Origin: Trichoplax adhaerens
Taxonomy: Eukaryota > Animalia > Placozoa
Assembly: GCF_000150275.1 (NCBI RefSeq)
Contig: NW_002060957.1
Location: 514,348-578,347, forward strand
DNA: 64,000 bases
Reading direction: 5' to 3'
Shown: positions 50,401 through 64,000 of the stretch, one piece after another
Numbering within the stretch: the first letter of the stretch is position 1
Layout of the letters: each line of letters starts with the position of its first letter
Translations under genes and position numbers: made by a program
Notes under the pieces: generated by a model
What the model was told of the DNA's origin: nothing
What the model saw: only the letters and a program-made list of their open reading frames with translations
Database searches by the model: none

Positions 50401-53400
50401 TTTTTGTAGCTTTTTTAATGTATCATCGTCTCTCGAGTTAATAGTAAGGGAGAAATTTTATTACGTACGCCTTAGACGATATTGCGAGCTGCAATTTATC
50501 GATTAACCAATTAATGAATGAACTAATCAATCAATTCGATTTACTTTTAAAAGCCATCTAATTGAAGCTAATTTAAAATTAAATGATGCAAATCTGAAAT
50601 TGAAAACGTAAGTAGCTACAGCATTTTCATGAATATTAATATTAGGCGTAACAACTTCTTTTCGAATACTTTAATTGTTCAATCGCTTTGACCTGTAATT
50701 AACTGCCTTATTTTCAGTCTGTAAGCCCTTAAAATAAAATAATCTATAAATAGATTTATCGAATTGGTGAATAAACGATCTAGTTAAAAATTAGAAGCCT
50801 TGTTCATAATATTATGGTACTGCAATTTAAAAAGGCTTGATTATTAATCTACTAAGGTCATCTAAATCAGGAACGTAGCTTATGTAGAATCTACCATCGT
50901 AATAGGATAAGTTAATTTGTGTATGAGATGACGTAAGATAGGATGGTTTTAAGACCTTGACAATTGCTAGCCAGCTTTGATCATACTGTATTTTGATATT
51001 TAGACCAAATAGCAATAATAAATAATGTAATCGATCTCTTCAGAAGAGTAATTTTGATTAGAGTTGAAAAGTAGCAATAGTAACAATGTTGTTAAGATCG
51101 GTCAATAGCCAAACTGCTCTGATTATCAATTATAATTTTATGTCAAGATAAAATCGCAATGATAAATTGATCGCATTATAAAATGCTATTTAGATCCATT
51201 AATTTTACTCCAATACCTTGCTATCTACAATCAAGGAAACTGAAATATGAACTTGATTACTTTATAGCTAATTGTGAGCTGTTTAAATCCTTTTTCTTGA
51301 ATGATTTAAAGATATACTGGCTTATTCTTTAACGGTATGAATCTAATGCCATTGAGCCTATAATGAAATTTATATAAATATTTTAAACCAGCTTTCAGTC
51401 TATCATGAAGGCTCATTTGATTTATGAAGCTAAGATAGAATAATATATATATATGGTTATATATTATTGATAACTTTGCTGGCATATCATTTTAAGATTG
51501 AACGATTGTCAAACCTGTTGTGCTCTACATTAATATTTTATTCGTGCTATCGATCATCCTTACCTTTCATCATTAATACTTATTAATCAGTTCCGGTATG
51601 GAAATTTACAGATTTAATTGGCAAAATAATGGCAGTATCTCTAATTTTCCTTCAAGTTAAAAAAGAATTAGATCCGGATGATAATTAGATAGGTCGAATG
51701 AGGATAATTAACGGCTTAGATTAACAAAATCCTTTATCTTTACTTTATAACGGAAGGTGATCTGGAATAACCTACCGTATATTTCGTCCATTTATCAAAT
51801 GATTTTACATAAAATAACGTTAAGAAGGAAATTATTGGTATTAATGTTTACCAATAATATTAATAAAACGATCTAAAATTACCATGTTGATATTATTTAA
51901 CTTATTATTTCATGAACATCGTACAAATTTTAGACTGATTAAATTTGACTGATGGCGATAGCTGATATGTAAACCTGAATAGTACTAATTTTCATATTAT
52001 GCGAATGTTATCTCACGAGTATTGATTCCATCAACATGGTTTATTTGAGTAATTATTTAGAAGAAAATCTATATATTATGCTATAAAATTTGATAGATTG
52101 CGCTAATATGGATAAAACTGGTTGCAAGATTATTCTAATTGGGCTGGTAGGTGCCCCCAAATTTAAACGTTTAGATTTATAGTTTTTCTAGTCCTGCCCA
52201 TCAATGCAGATTTGATGAGTCATCAAGATTCACGTAAGCAACTATTTTAAAGGTAATTTATATAAACAGCTAAAAAACTTCACAGTTTAGTGTAATTGGG
52301 ATACTACTGCTTGCAGATTGTTCTAATTTTGCTAATAGATGTCCTCCAAAATATAAACATTTCGATTTATTATCTTTCTAGTCCTGCCTCACTGATGTTG
52401 ATCCGATGTGTCATCAGGATTCATTTAAGCATTTATTCGAAGGGTAACCTACTTAGCGAGTCTCCTGTTACTTAAATAATACCAATTTCAATTATTTACT
52501 ACTGTCTAAATCTCATATTAATTTTTTATATTCATTAAAGCAGTCGCTGATTGTCGTAACTAAAAATTTTGCTTCATTATGTTCATCAATTTATTATATA
52601 TCACTTTTTGCTCATTAAGATCCGTTTCAGACTAACGCAAAATTATTCAATCAATTTTGAATATTAGTATTATTTAGTTTTATACATTTCATATGCTTTT
52701 AGTTCCCAAATGCAAGTATTAAGGCGGATAATCATCAAAACGATCTTAAATGTATTCTTTCTGTTAAACTTACTTGTAGCGGCGACTTTAATTAGATCAT
52801 ATTTCGGATTAATTTCTTCTATAAGATTTAATAGAAGAACTTACATCTTGAAAATAAGCTGTTAAAGATACTTCCGATGCTAAATGATCTTTAATTTGAA
52901 CCCGAGTGAATTTTATTTTATTCTTATCTCTTTTTACAAAATTACATCATAGACGAAATGCAAGACTTTGCTACCGTATTTTTATTAATTTATAGTGATC
53001 AAGGTCTGAAAGTGAACAATAATTTCTTCTTGTCTAGAATATTAATAAACGTTTTCAATAAAGAAAATTTCATGAAATAAGTCTGTTGATTTAGCGATAA
53101 TGCTAACTTGTTTAGCTTATATTCGCTGCTTAATTATAGGTTTAATTATAATTTATCCCACAACAAGAATTAAATACTCTATTCGCTAAATGTAGGTCTA
53201 TCTCATGATGATATTATAATAAGTAACTGTTAAATTTGACGGAGAAAATGCAGTAGATCATGCATTGCTAGGGCTTGTTGATGCTTAGTTAAGCAGTCTC
53301 TTACTACCCTTGGCGTAAAATACTATTTTGGTTTTGCAAAATTTTACTTTAATTAATTTAAGATCTATATCCACACTATTAAGGAGGTAATTGTGGTGAC

Positions 53401-55000
53401 TTTTAGACTTAATTGATCAAGTTCTGCACTTATTATTTCATATTTTATCAAGTGATCTACATAACATATGACTTTTATGTAATGTTAGGAATGATACAGC
53501 AGAAAATGTAAAACTTTTATCGATTGAAGGGATAACTGCCAAGTAAAAATGAACATGGTAGACTATTACTATCATGGTAATTTGTATGTAGTAATTGAAA
53601 GCTCTCTCAACTTACAAATAATTTATAGTAATCTCATTATCAAGCTTAAAACTATAATTTCATCATAACTGAAATAATATTATCTAAGCCCGGTGAAATT
53701 GTTGAATTAAATCAGAATAAGTTTATTGTCGCTTAGTATAACTAATCTATTTTAGGGAAATTCTTCAGTTATAACAGTAGAAAACATCAGGCATTAGCTG
53801 ACTCCCAAGGTCTCTGATAAACTGCATGCCATTAAATTTTTAAAGTTGAAACATAAAGGCTAATTTAAATGATAACGCTGACAATAAGATATTTGTAAGC
53901 TTTACTGGTATCGACAATTCATCATTGGATTCATTATATTGATGTTATTCTTAATAACTTACCTTTTGCTTAGTCAAGCGGAGTAATATCATTAACAGTT
54001 GACGGCAGATTGCAATATTCCAAAATATATGAAGATCAACCGGATAAGGCACACCTACAAATAAGAATAAATTCATTTTATGTAATATAATGGAGAATTA
54101 ATAGCCAGACTGCAATTGAATTCAATGTTTTTAAATTTAATCTTAACTGCTTAAAAATATGGCGGTTTAAATGACCACATAAATATATGATACAGCTTAG
54201 CTAATAAACGGCTTTTGTATGCGTTACTTCAGCAATATCTATTTCGCAAGCTGATATTTACCACAATATAGGATAGTGTCTGAAAAAAAGCATATGTGCA
54301 TATTGCAGTATTTGCATTGCTTAACGGTACTGGTAAGAACTGAGAAGAGCTGAGTAAAAGGCGAAATAAAGTGTGACTGCATATTTAATTTTTAAATAAT
54401 AAATATACGCACAAGCGAGTCGAAAAATTTTCCTTTCATCGTTCATTTTATAGCATAAGAATCAGATACTCTGATCATGAGATGTGATATTCCCTATGCA
54501 GGTTGCTTAGTCAGAGAAATGGAAACAGGGACAGTTTCTAAAAGATTACACTGCGTATTTTTTTAGGATAAATTCTTAAAATATTCAATACAGATTCTTT
54601 GTAACATTATAGGCGAATAAACCGGGCGCTTGATTTGCTGGAATCATTCATTTAGCAGACTGAGTACAGTGGCAGCTAAATCGGAAGTAATAGATATACA
54701 ATTATTCGTGTGGGCCAACATTTCCTGTATCTAATAAAATCTATATTTTACTCAGATTAAATGATGGAAGCAATGATTAAAAATTCGGCATTGACCAAAT
54801 TTCCGATAATTTCCGATTCTTAAATGATTGAAATAAGGAAAAAATTCTTTAGAACCATTTAGGTAAAACACAAAAATTGAATGAAATGATGAAAACATTT
54901 AATTTCTAGCCTGTGCAAGGATATTATAATTATAATTTACTCAATTCTACGCTTGGAATATCATTTGTCGTTTTATATATATGGTAAACTTTTGATATTG
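47450..55000 (+). pseudogene. Possible heavily eroded LRR-containing (LDLa-LRR-7TM type) receptor gene(s)
   Basis: Scattered plus-strand LRR-like fragments among many stops: NLMKNYLDQF (~47763), IDLSNW*INDL (~50750), FNGMNLMPLSL** (~51328), KELDPDDN*I (~51662), LHLENKLLKILP (~52841), GLSHDDI (~53194), then TM-like YVHIAVFALLN (~54292). No long ORF. Confidence 0.3.
52184..52450. repeat. Diverged ~70-bp direct duplication, ~190 bp apart
   Basis: tttctagtcctgcccatcaatgcagatttgatgagtcatcaagattcacgtaagca versus tttctagtcctgcctcactgatgttgatccgatgtgtcatcaggattcatttaagca. Confidence 0.75.
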
Positions 55001-56912
55001 GCGATTAAATGTGAGCTGCTAGTTCATACATAATTAAATACAGTATGGAACAGTATACGAATACTTTAACATACAGTATATCATAGCGTAGGTATTCCTT
55101 ATAGCAGTATAAACTATCATCAGTCAGGAGGAGTAAAAGTAGTGAGGTAATTTACGATGATTTCATATAAGTTAAATTTTTTATTGAAAGTAACTTATCG
55201 GTTTCAGAAGTGAGCCTGATAATTTGACTTCTAAATGGAATGAGGCAATACCATCCAAAATCAAATGGTGACCATCAGGATTTGCTTTTACTATACAGTA
55301 TATGGTCGTTCAGTAATGTTACGTATAGTTTAAAAATTATTTAAAAATATGATTAATACACTCAGCAGTAAACTGAATAGCAATTTAAAACCAGTTTAAC
55401 ATGGAATATTTCAATATAGCAAGCAGCTAGATTAGCGCAAAATCGCAATGTTTTGGCAGTTACAGATATTAAAAATGAATAAATTGATAAGATAATAGAC
55501 GGGAGTTCAGAATCGGCTCATTATGGATTACTTAATTAAGCAAGCAGCTGGATTAATATGAAACTGTAAGATATCATGGACTGCAATGTTTTAAGTAATT
55601 CAAAAATTCAAAATTGAAGACTGACTAGGTATTAATCATTCTCTTAAAATCATTTTAAGACAAATTACTTTAACTTAACCAATGACTAGATTTATGGGAA
55701 GCTACAAGGTTGTGTACAGTTCGAAAAGATATTTTAAAAAAATAATAAATTGATGACGTACTAAACCGCATTTCAGAATCAGCTTCAATAGATTTTCCAG
55801 CAATTATGTAGGACTTGAATGTGACTTAGAATTAAATGACTGTTTAAAGACGTTCTATGGTAATTTGCACAGATAAATACAGCTTTATAGGCGAATCTGT
55901 GATGGTCAGTAGGATTGTATCTTGATTTTTGTTCCACGATAAATCGACATATTTTCCCTAAGCATATTTGACACATAGCATAAGAATTTGATTTATTGTG
56001 AAGTTCCAGTCCCCACGCATTGATGTGCAAATCAGATTAAACTTGTAACACGTGTAATTTTATAACAGCTACCATCAGTCGATTAATTATTACATGCCTA
56101 AATGCGCGTACGTCGATGAGATAAATTTTAAAATAAAAAATTTAACGACAAATTGTTACGAATAAATGTTTATCATTAACAATGAAATTTAATCATACAT
56201 ATTAATGCTAACAATACCAATACTATGACAGCACTAGAATAGCGTCTTCTATATGCTAAATTTACATCATACTAGTATTACAGTTAGATTTCATGAAATA
56301 AAAATTGATACCATAGTTATTAATATCTCGGTACGCTATTTTACACATTGTCACAAATTTAAACTTTTTAACATTTAATGGGAAGATTAATTTAGAAGCA
56401 TTTATGCTTTGCAGTACTTACAGCATGGATTACAATTTTTCTGTTAACTGTACCCAAGTCATCATTTACTATCATTATAGTTATCTTTATGAATTCGATA
56501 GAATTGCCTTACAATTCTATTGGCTATATCGTAATAATTTTATACTGTATCGCGTGTTCTACTTATAACTAAATCAAACAGTTTCATCTAAATCACTAAA
56601 ATATCGTCTTAACCGATAATATTACAATATGGTCATACACAACTGTGTTACGACTACAAAATAGGAGATTATTTAGCATGATTGTTATAATTTCTATTAC
56701 GTTAATTGCCATATCATTTTTAATAGTAATTGAAAAATTTGTATTCTCTTTTAGATTGCCCATAATTTAATACATTATATTATATTCTTAGCAAGTATAT
56801 ACTACAATAACTGTTTCTTTAGAACTAAAAATAGATTCAGTAAATCTTTTCAGCGATATAGTCCAAGATACATACAATAAATCCATACAGGTAATGCATG
56901 AGAGTTATCATA

Positions 56913-59900
56913 TTAACGCCAACTTAGATTTTGCTGTGCATTCAACTGTCCAGGAGTGTTCGCGTAGATGTTGCCTTGCTGTTGCACAGGAAAATTACCG
57001 TACTGTTGTGAAGTTTGTCCAGTCATGTTTCTTGCAGACGAATCACTTGGCGAAGATTGAGCTGAAAGTAAGAACAGTATCATTTCATTAAAGGGTTTCT
57101 AGTTTCATATAAAACATATACCACACATTTTCATCATCAATATAGATTAGTATATTACGAGTGAATACTTCAAAACGTTGGATAGATACCTACCTTCCTG
57201 TACAAATTTACTGGCATAGGCAAATACTGCTTCATAGCACATGATGTATTGATCCTAGTAATAAAGTATATAATTTGGTTGATTACAACAAACTACAAAT
57301 GGACATCTTTAATTCGTTCTTTTTTCTAGGCGAGATAATAACACATGTAACACGTTGACATCAACATACTCTGATCATATACCTTAGTTCGAACCATGTA
57401 ATTTCGACGTTGGCGAAGGGATTGAATCAGCTTTGAAATATTTACTATGCAGCAATAATTTAATAGGTCATTAAAACCTAGATTCAGATACTAAAAATGC
57501 TACATTAGCAATAACACATCGCATACTTAATCCATGTCCGCCTGCCATTTCTTTGATAGCAGTGTAAAGGATACAGAATGCTCCTGTTCTTCCAACTCCA
57601 TCACTGTAAGAGGACACAAAATTAATCTTCGACTAATCTATTATTATGAGAAGAAGCTGTATATGCCGCTCTTACCTGCAATGCACCACAACAGGCGCTT
57701 GCGATCCAGGGTCGATCTTTTGTAGGTGAGATGTGACGTCTTCTAAATAGGCCATGAGTGGCTTGTACGATGTTTGATTGCTACAATAGAATAAATATAA
57801 GAAGTGAATAAGCTTTTATTAAACTCCATGAAATAGCGTATTTTGTATTTTACTTACAACGGCTGAGGCCACGTAATCAGTTGTAACTGAGTTATTGACC
57901 TACTTTCGGTATTCTAGTAGTAAAGCAATAAGTGTAGGTTATTTTAACAATCAGCTAATTAAATAAAATATTATGGTATAGTATCTTGCTCTACTTCAAA
58001 ATTATAAGAACCTTTTTAATGGTTATTATCCTCTTGAATCCATAAGGTTGAGCTTCTTGGCTTGCTAAAGTTACAACAATAGCACCGTAGGTAACTGATG
58101 ATCCTACATTTTCCGGCCAATAGCGATCGCACACACGCTAGCGTAAGTGATTAAACGCACATATTAATACAGTATAGAAGGTAACTGAAGGTGTCATTTT
58201 TTGTAGAACTCTACCTTGCAGTTTTCAATTTCAGCTACTAACATAGCAATAAATAATGCATTTGTTTCCCAAATCATACGCCAGAAATCAGTAAAGGATG
58301 ACGGCAAGGGAGGTTGTGTAGCAATATATCGTGATGATAACGTAGTTAAATCATCAATCAAGCTCGAGTTTATATATCCTTCATCGCCTTCATATTGCGG
58401 GCTCAATATTACTCGGGAATAATCATCTAACGTCAATAATAAGCATAATTGCGTTTTAGTTATCAAATTAGTATCGTAGCTTCAGACAATGTTTAATATT
58501 CTTCTTACAAGGTAGAATAGTTTCATCGCGATTGCCAATTGGATGCCGGTGAGCTACGTTACAAGGGTATTTGCGAGAGTCCGTAACACGGCTCTCTTCT
58601 AGAGCCTGTATGTAAGAAATATTCATCGTAAGTCAGCCATGAAATGAAAACTACAAGAATATAATTTTATTTTTATTCAAAACGCAAATCTAAAACCTGA
58701 AACTCAGTAGTGAAACCGTCACAGTTCTGTTGGGCACTGTAGCATAAAGACTGCATGTTTTGACCAAACTGCATTGTATCAGAGCGTAATTTATCTATGT
58801 ACTCTCTGGAGAAACTTTGAAGAAGTGGCTTCTGCTGAGTTGGAGCAGCTGGTTTACTACCCGCTATCACAGGCGATAAAATAGTGCTCCCGGATGTTCC
58901 TTGCAAATTAAATTGATCTACGCTTGAGGTAAGTAAATCAACGGGCTGATTATTGTTTTTCGCCTGATATAACCGTGGTGGAAATTGCTGATTCTGCACC
59001 GGTTGAAGAATTTGAGGCTTTTGTTGTTGTGCTGGGGGTGCTCCATTGTATTGTCCCTGCTGTAAAACAGATTCGTTTGAATTATTTCATAAATTGTATA
59101 CATATTTGCTAACAAATTTATTTTTCGGTTACCTCATGAAGTTGCCTAGAATTTGCCTGCGACATGTTTGCATTGTATGGCCTAACTGGTCCCTGTTGAT
59201 TGACTTGCTGCAGTGGAGTAAACTGCTGTTGTTGTTGCTGCTTGGCAGTACTGATTCCACCTTGTACTTGGCTGTTGCCATACATATTTTGACCTTGCGA
59301 ATTTGTTTGATTATACATATTCATGCTTTGTCCACCTTGCTGAGTGTTAAGCATTTGCTGCATTACAGGATTAGAATGAACATAGACAGTGCTCTGCGCA
59401 GTTGATTTAGCCGATTGTGAAGGAAGATTATTTACCATAGAAGGATTATTATTTACCGTTACGTACGAAGTTTGCGTAGTAGGTCGAGGCCCCATTTGTT
59501 GCTGTAGTGGCTGAGCACTCATAAAACCAGTCGGACCTTGATTTTGGCTCTGCTGTTGTAGACTAGGCTGCTGCTGATTACTGCATATCCAAGCGGTATT
59601 ATCACCAGCTGGTTTAGAAGACTGATTTACTATCCCTTCATTTCGCCTTATGTTGAAAGAGCTATTTGATGGGATATTTCCTTGAGAGAAAGTGCCGGGA
59701 TGCTGATGTTGAGACACCGCTTGTCCTGCACTGCTTTGCGATTGAATAGTATGTGCTTGTTGATTTTGGGGCCTTGATAAGACCTGTGTCGGCTGCTGAG
59801 CTGACTGAGACGACGGAAGTTGTGGCTGGTAAGTCGGGTAGCCAGAAAACTTCTGATCTAATCCTTGATTCGAAAATTGATTTTGTAAGGCAGTAGTTGA

Positions 59901-62900
59901 TTGAGGCAAATTTGATTGAATATCTTGGCGTTGTACATTGGTGTGAGGACCCAAAACGTTACCCGAGGATGGCTGCTGAAAACTCACGTGTTGTGAATTT
60001 GGTTGGTTTAAATTTGGATTTGATATTTGTCTTTGTATCGCATTAGGCACTGCAGTACTATTTGACTGAGAAATTTGACGTTGCGGATTAGGTGCTGTAT
60101 TACTACCGGATTGAGAATTTTGATATTGTAGGTTATCATTGAATGCTATTGTTGCATTACCACTCGTCAACTGTTGAGACTGATAGTTATTTTGGGGTAG
60201 CATACTTCCACTAGATACTTGCCGGGTAGCCGATAATTGATTTTGAGGATGCGATGGAATGTTGGCTTGGTATGGCAGTGAGACTGGAGTTGATACATTG
60301 CTTTGGGAATTCATTGCTGCAGAAATCTGGTTTACTGAAGATAAAGGAACTGGACTACGCTGCTGCGACAGTAACGGCTGTGGCGATTGTGGTTGCATCG
60401 GTAACGGCTTCTGTTGTTGTTGAGAGATACTTGCGGGAGTTGGATGTGGAGATTGTGGAGATACTGGAATAGTCGATTGGGAATACGTACTGGAGGGTAG
60501 CGATTGTTGATGCTGAAGTGAAGATGGAGCTGCATCCGTACGGCCTTGGAAAAATTGATTATCATCTCGATTCGGCAAAGGTAATGCAGTAGGACTAGCG
60601 GTATTAAAATTCATGCCTTTGTTTAAGTTTTGCTGATTTGTTGGCGAAGTAGGGGTTACTTGGCCATTTGCAATTAATCCCCAACGCTGAGTGTTTGCTA
60701 TTGGCTGTAATAAAAACATATAATTATTTCAGTATCTGAGATAAGAGCATAAAACTATTTATCAAATCTTAAAATGAAAAAAATGTACAGTATTATTGGC
60801 CATTAATTCAGCATTTTTCTTCGCTCTTCTTTCTGCAACAATTTCCCTAAGAATACAATATGTAGATGAGATGCTATTTATTCGAATATGATTTGGCTAC
60901 ATTAAGGCTCTACCTTGCTTTTTGCTCCCGTTCTTTCAATCTTTGCTGTATGACTGGTTCAATTTTCTGAGAGAATTTTTCGATATCATTTGCAAATTTC
61001 TTATAGAATTCAATTCCATGCCTAGAATAATAGAGGCGAAATAATACCGTCCAAGTCAGAGTCTGCATCTATTAGAACGTAGAATACTAACAATACGTAA
61101 ATACTTACTCGGCTTTTGAAATTAATTCATTCATTACGTTGTAAGATAGCATAAGGGATTTAATATAAGCATTTCGCCTATGATGGAAGCAAATTTAAAA
61201 CATTAACCAAACGGTCATAGACCTGTAGCTTCAATAAGATTAGCATTTCGTTTCTTACTTTGCGCTAGTTTTGCATGCTTGTTCACGTGCAGCTCCATAT
61301 TTGGCATTTGCATCAGTTAACACCCTAGTTAAAGCAGAAAAAGAGAGAAAGGACTATAGCAGACTATCAGGAAGTACCCCAGAGTTATATCTATATAACA
61401 GCCACAATGCAAGCGCCTTACATTATAATTCTTTCTTGAGCCGCCAAATTTTGGCGAATTACGTTAACAAGACTATCATGTTTCTGTATCTGCTCGTGAA
61501 AGATATCAGTACTATCTTTATTGGTTTGAGTGACAATCATGGATGTAATATCATCCTCATTTAAGGCTTCTCTCAAATTTCCCTCTAGATTACTTCTCTG
61601 TTTTTTCATTTCTTCTACTTTTGCCTGCAAGCCACGTTATGATATAAATAATCATGCATGAATCTAGGAAAATAATATAGTTAACACTATTGAATGAATT
61701 CATTTTACCAAAATTCTTCGAAGATTTGTTTCAGCAGCTTCATCAATAGGTATATCTAATAAGTTTAACTTTGGTAGAGAAGCCATTAAAGCATCCTTCG
61801 AACCATTTAGCAATTTTAGATTTTCAATATTACTATCGTATGCATTGAAAACTTCATCATTGCACTTCATCGCTTTGTCGTTTGCTTCTTTTCTTCTTTC
61901 GAATTTAGATTTCAATTCTTCAAATACGGCTGCGTCATGTACTATACCAAATTTAGACTACAAAACACCGAATTAGATGGCATATCGCAAATCGAGTTCG
62001 AAACTTAGATAAAGTTTGACAGGGAAGGCAACTGGAAATAGTACGTAGTTTTACGTAGATACCTCAAAGCGCTCTGCAGCTTGGTTTTCTTCATTCAATT
62101 TTTTGTCAGTAGCGTTAATTTTATCTTCGATATCTTGGTATAAACGCTTTAACTCTGAAATTAAATAAACAGACTAAATTAAGACACCTACATACCGATC
62201 TATAGGGCCTTGAACAAAATATTACCTTCGATTAACTCAATCAATTTTTCTAGAACATCAGGATTGCTATTTAACTGTTGATTAATTTCAGAAATTTCAC
62301 CTACATCACATCATTTGTATAATCAGATAGAGTAATTAGTAATGGCTTTCGGTATATATCTATTTTTGATACGTATATAAAAACCTTACTTGGCAATTCC
62401 ATTTGTACTTGCATATCGCTTCGGTTTAAGTTTGGTAATTGGAGTGACGATATCACTTGGCTTAAGTAATTTTAGAAATTTGTTTCAAATATAATCAAAT
62501 ATAAGTCTTAGGTCTGACTATGCTGCATATGCCAAAATATCATAATCATTAGGAAGAAATTGATCCATACCTTAGCTCTTCATTTTTTTGCTGAATAGAA
62601 CTAGTAACTGATCGCAGGAGTTGAGCCTTTTCTTCACTATGGTACATAGAATATTAAACAAACAGTCTAGATTAATTTAATCTAGTAAGAGTATTAACAA
62701 CGATGTCATGGTGCTGTGCTTACCTATACATTGATGACTGTTCATGTGCCTGCATTGGAACAAGTTTTGCAAAGATGTCATCGCCATAAAGATTTTTATC
62801 AGTTGGGCAAAAGGCACGAGGTTTAGAGAGAGAAAGTCCTAAAGAGATGTATCAACATGGCAGTCAGTGACGATTTATGATATTAAGTAATTTAAATCTT

Positions 62901-63946
62901 TTCCACAAGTACTAATCGATTTAACATAGTATCATCTCATGCCTTCGATCACTGGCAGATTAGCGATTGCAGGTATAGATTCATGATACACAAAGTCATT
63001 ATCTTTGATCGCTGCTTTTAACCTGTTTGAATATACAAGTTTAGCATTGGCCAATAACGGCATAAAAATATACATATAATAGGTAAAATATTGACTTATA
63101 GAAAGGCTGATTTATCATCAGATGTATCAAGCTTACTGATAATTTATCACGTCGTAGGTGTAATTATAGACATCTTGGAATTTAGCATCAATTCCTTGCT
63201 GTGAATTTTCATAAAACGAAATTGTTATTAATGACATTTTTCAATTAGAAGGTAATTTCGTCTTAAAATATTACCGCTACCTTTAAAAGTTTTGAACATT
63301 CTTCTAGTTTTGCAGAAGCAGCTTTTAAATAACCAACCTTAAAATGAAAATAAACGAAGTAGAGAGAGCTTAGTGATGCCGTTATCTAACTGTATTTATT
63401 ATATAACAATATATATGTCATTGTCAATCTATAGATTATATACAACGTTCCATAAAATTTTAGTCGCATAGTCATCCTAACTTACAATGATAAAAAGAAA
63501 TACTTACTTTATCTCCAAATCTCGAATTTTCATCGGAAGAGTTTGCCATATACAACTGTTTAAGTAGATTGTAATTGTTAAGAAATTAATAAATGCACTC
63601 GGTTGAGCAAATTAAATGGTCCAATACATTACAATTAACTATACGAATTACTCACATGCGCAACTGCGTCATAGTATACAATTTTAAAGGTTAGAAACTT
63701 TGACCATACCTAAAAGAACAAAGTAATGATTATTTTAACAACTATATAGTATTTACTTGCATTTCCTATAGTAAACAATTTCGTTCTTACTTTGCATCTT
63801 CTTGAACTAATGATTTGTACAGCAGCTTCTAATATATTTTGGCCAAGTCTCAGATAGCTAATAATTTGCGCTGCTATTCGAGCAATTAAGGAGCCCTTTC
63901 TGTTGTCTTTGATCGATTTTTCCAATATGCATTCTTGCGCTTGACC
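56913..63946 (-). CDS. PTPN23: Tyrosine-protein phosphatase non-receptor type 23 (HD-PTP): BRO1 - V domain - Gln/Pro/Ser-rich linker - PTP-like domain; 5' end outside the window
   Basis: BRO1 motifs GQAQECILEKSIKDNRKGSLIARIAAQI (63946 down) and KDNDFVYHE (~62980-63010). V-domain EALNEDDIT...IRQNLAAQERI. A ~1.6-kb Gln-rich exon (~59130-60705). PTP motifs YINSS, YIATQPPLP, DFWRMIWE, RYWP and VVHCSDGVGRTG. Stop at 56913-56915. Confidence 0.93.
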
Positions 63947-64000
63947 CTATTTTCGCGACAGAATGTTAGGTAAAAAATAATAATAGATAGGCGAGATTTC

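Noticed and set aside
59046-61564. Plus-strand and alternative-frame ORFs within PTPN23
   Set aside because: These are antisense or shadow ORFs of the Gln-rich and V-domain exons.

Overview
AT-rich, intron-dense animal genomic DNA with short GT-AG introns. The compact gene style and orphan GPCRs suggest an early-branching metazoan such as a placozoan; this is an inference, not something the sequence proves. I rebuilt the spliced genes by hand. They are: the first exon of a tropomyosin (-), an intronless rhodopsin-type GPCR (+), MORF4L1/MRG15 (-, 11 exons), a coiled-coil gene with a myristoylation-type N-terminus (+, 7 exons), NDUFA6 (-, 3 exons), two tandem lipoxygenase paralogs (-), and most of PTPN23/HD-PTP (-, 5' end outside the window). 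The main finding is the lipoxygenase pair. Both lack the usual PLAT domain and instead carry an EMI/CCxGW motif plus an EGF-like module at the N-terminus, with a signal-peptide exon visible for paralog B. Both also have a complete C-type lectin-like domain, encoded by a symmetric 354-nt phase 1-1 exon, inserted inside the catalytic domain. Paralog B (38.7-44.7 kb) looks intact, with all iron ligands present, Gly at the Coffa site, an unusual C-terminal Ser and a linker flanked by dibasic sites. Paralog A (22.3-30.4 kb) has a His-to-Gln iron-ligand change, other active-site substitutions and a frameshifting exon-fusing deletion. Other signals are GTAC-rich islands 5' of the housekeeping genes, a palindrome-rich five-unit tandem repeat upstream of NDUFA6, and several eroded GPCR/LRR relics. 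No CRISPR array, tRNA or rRNA was recognised.
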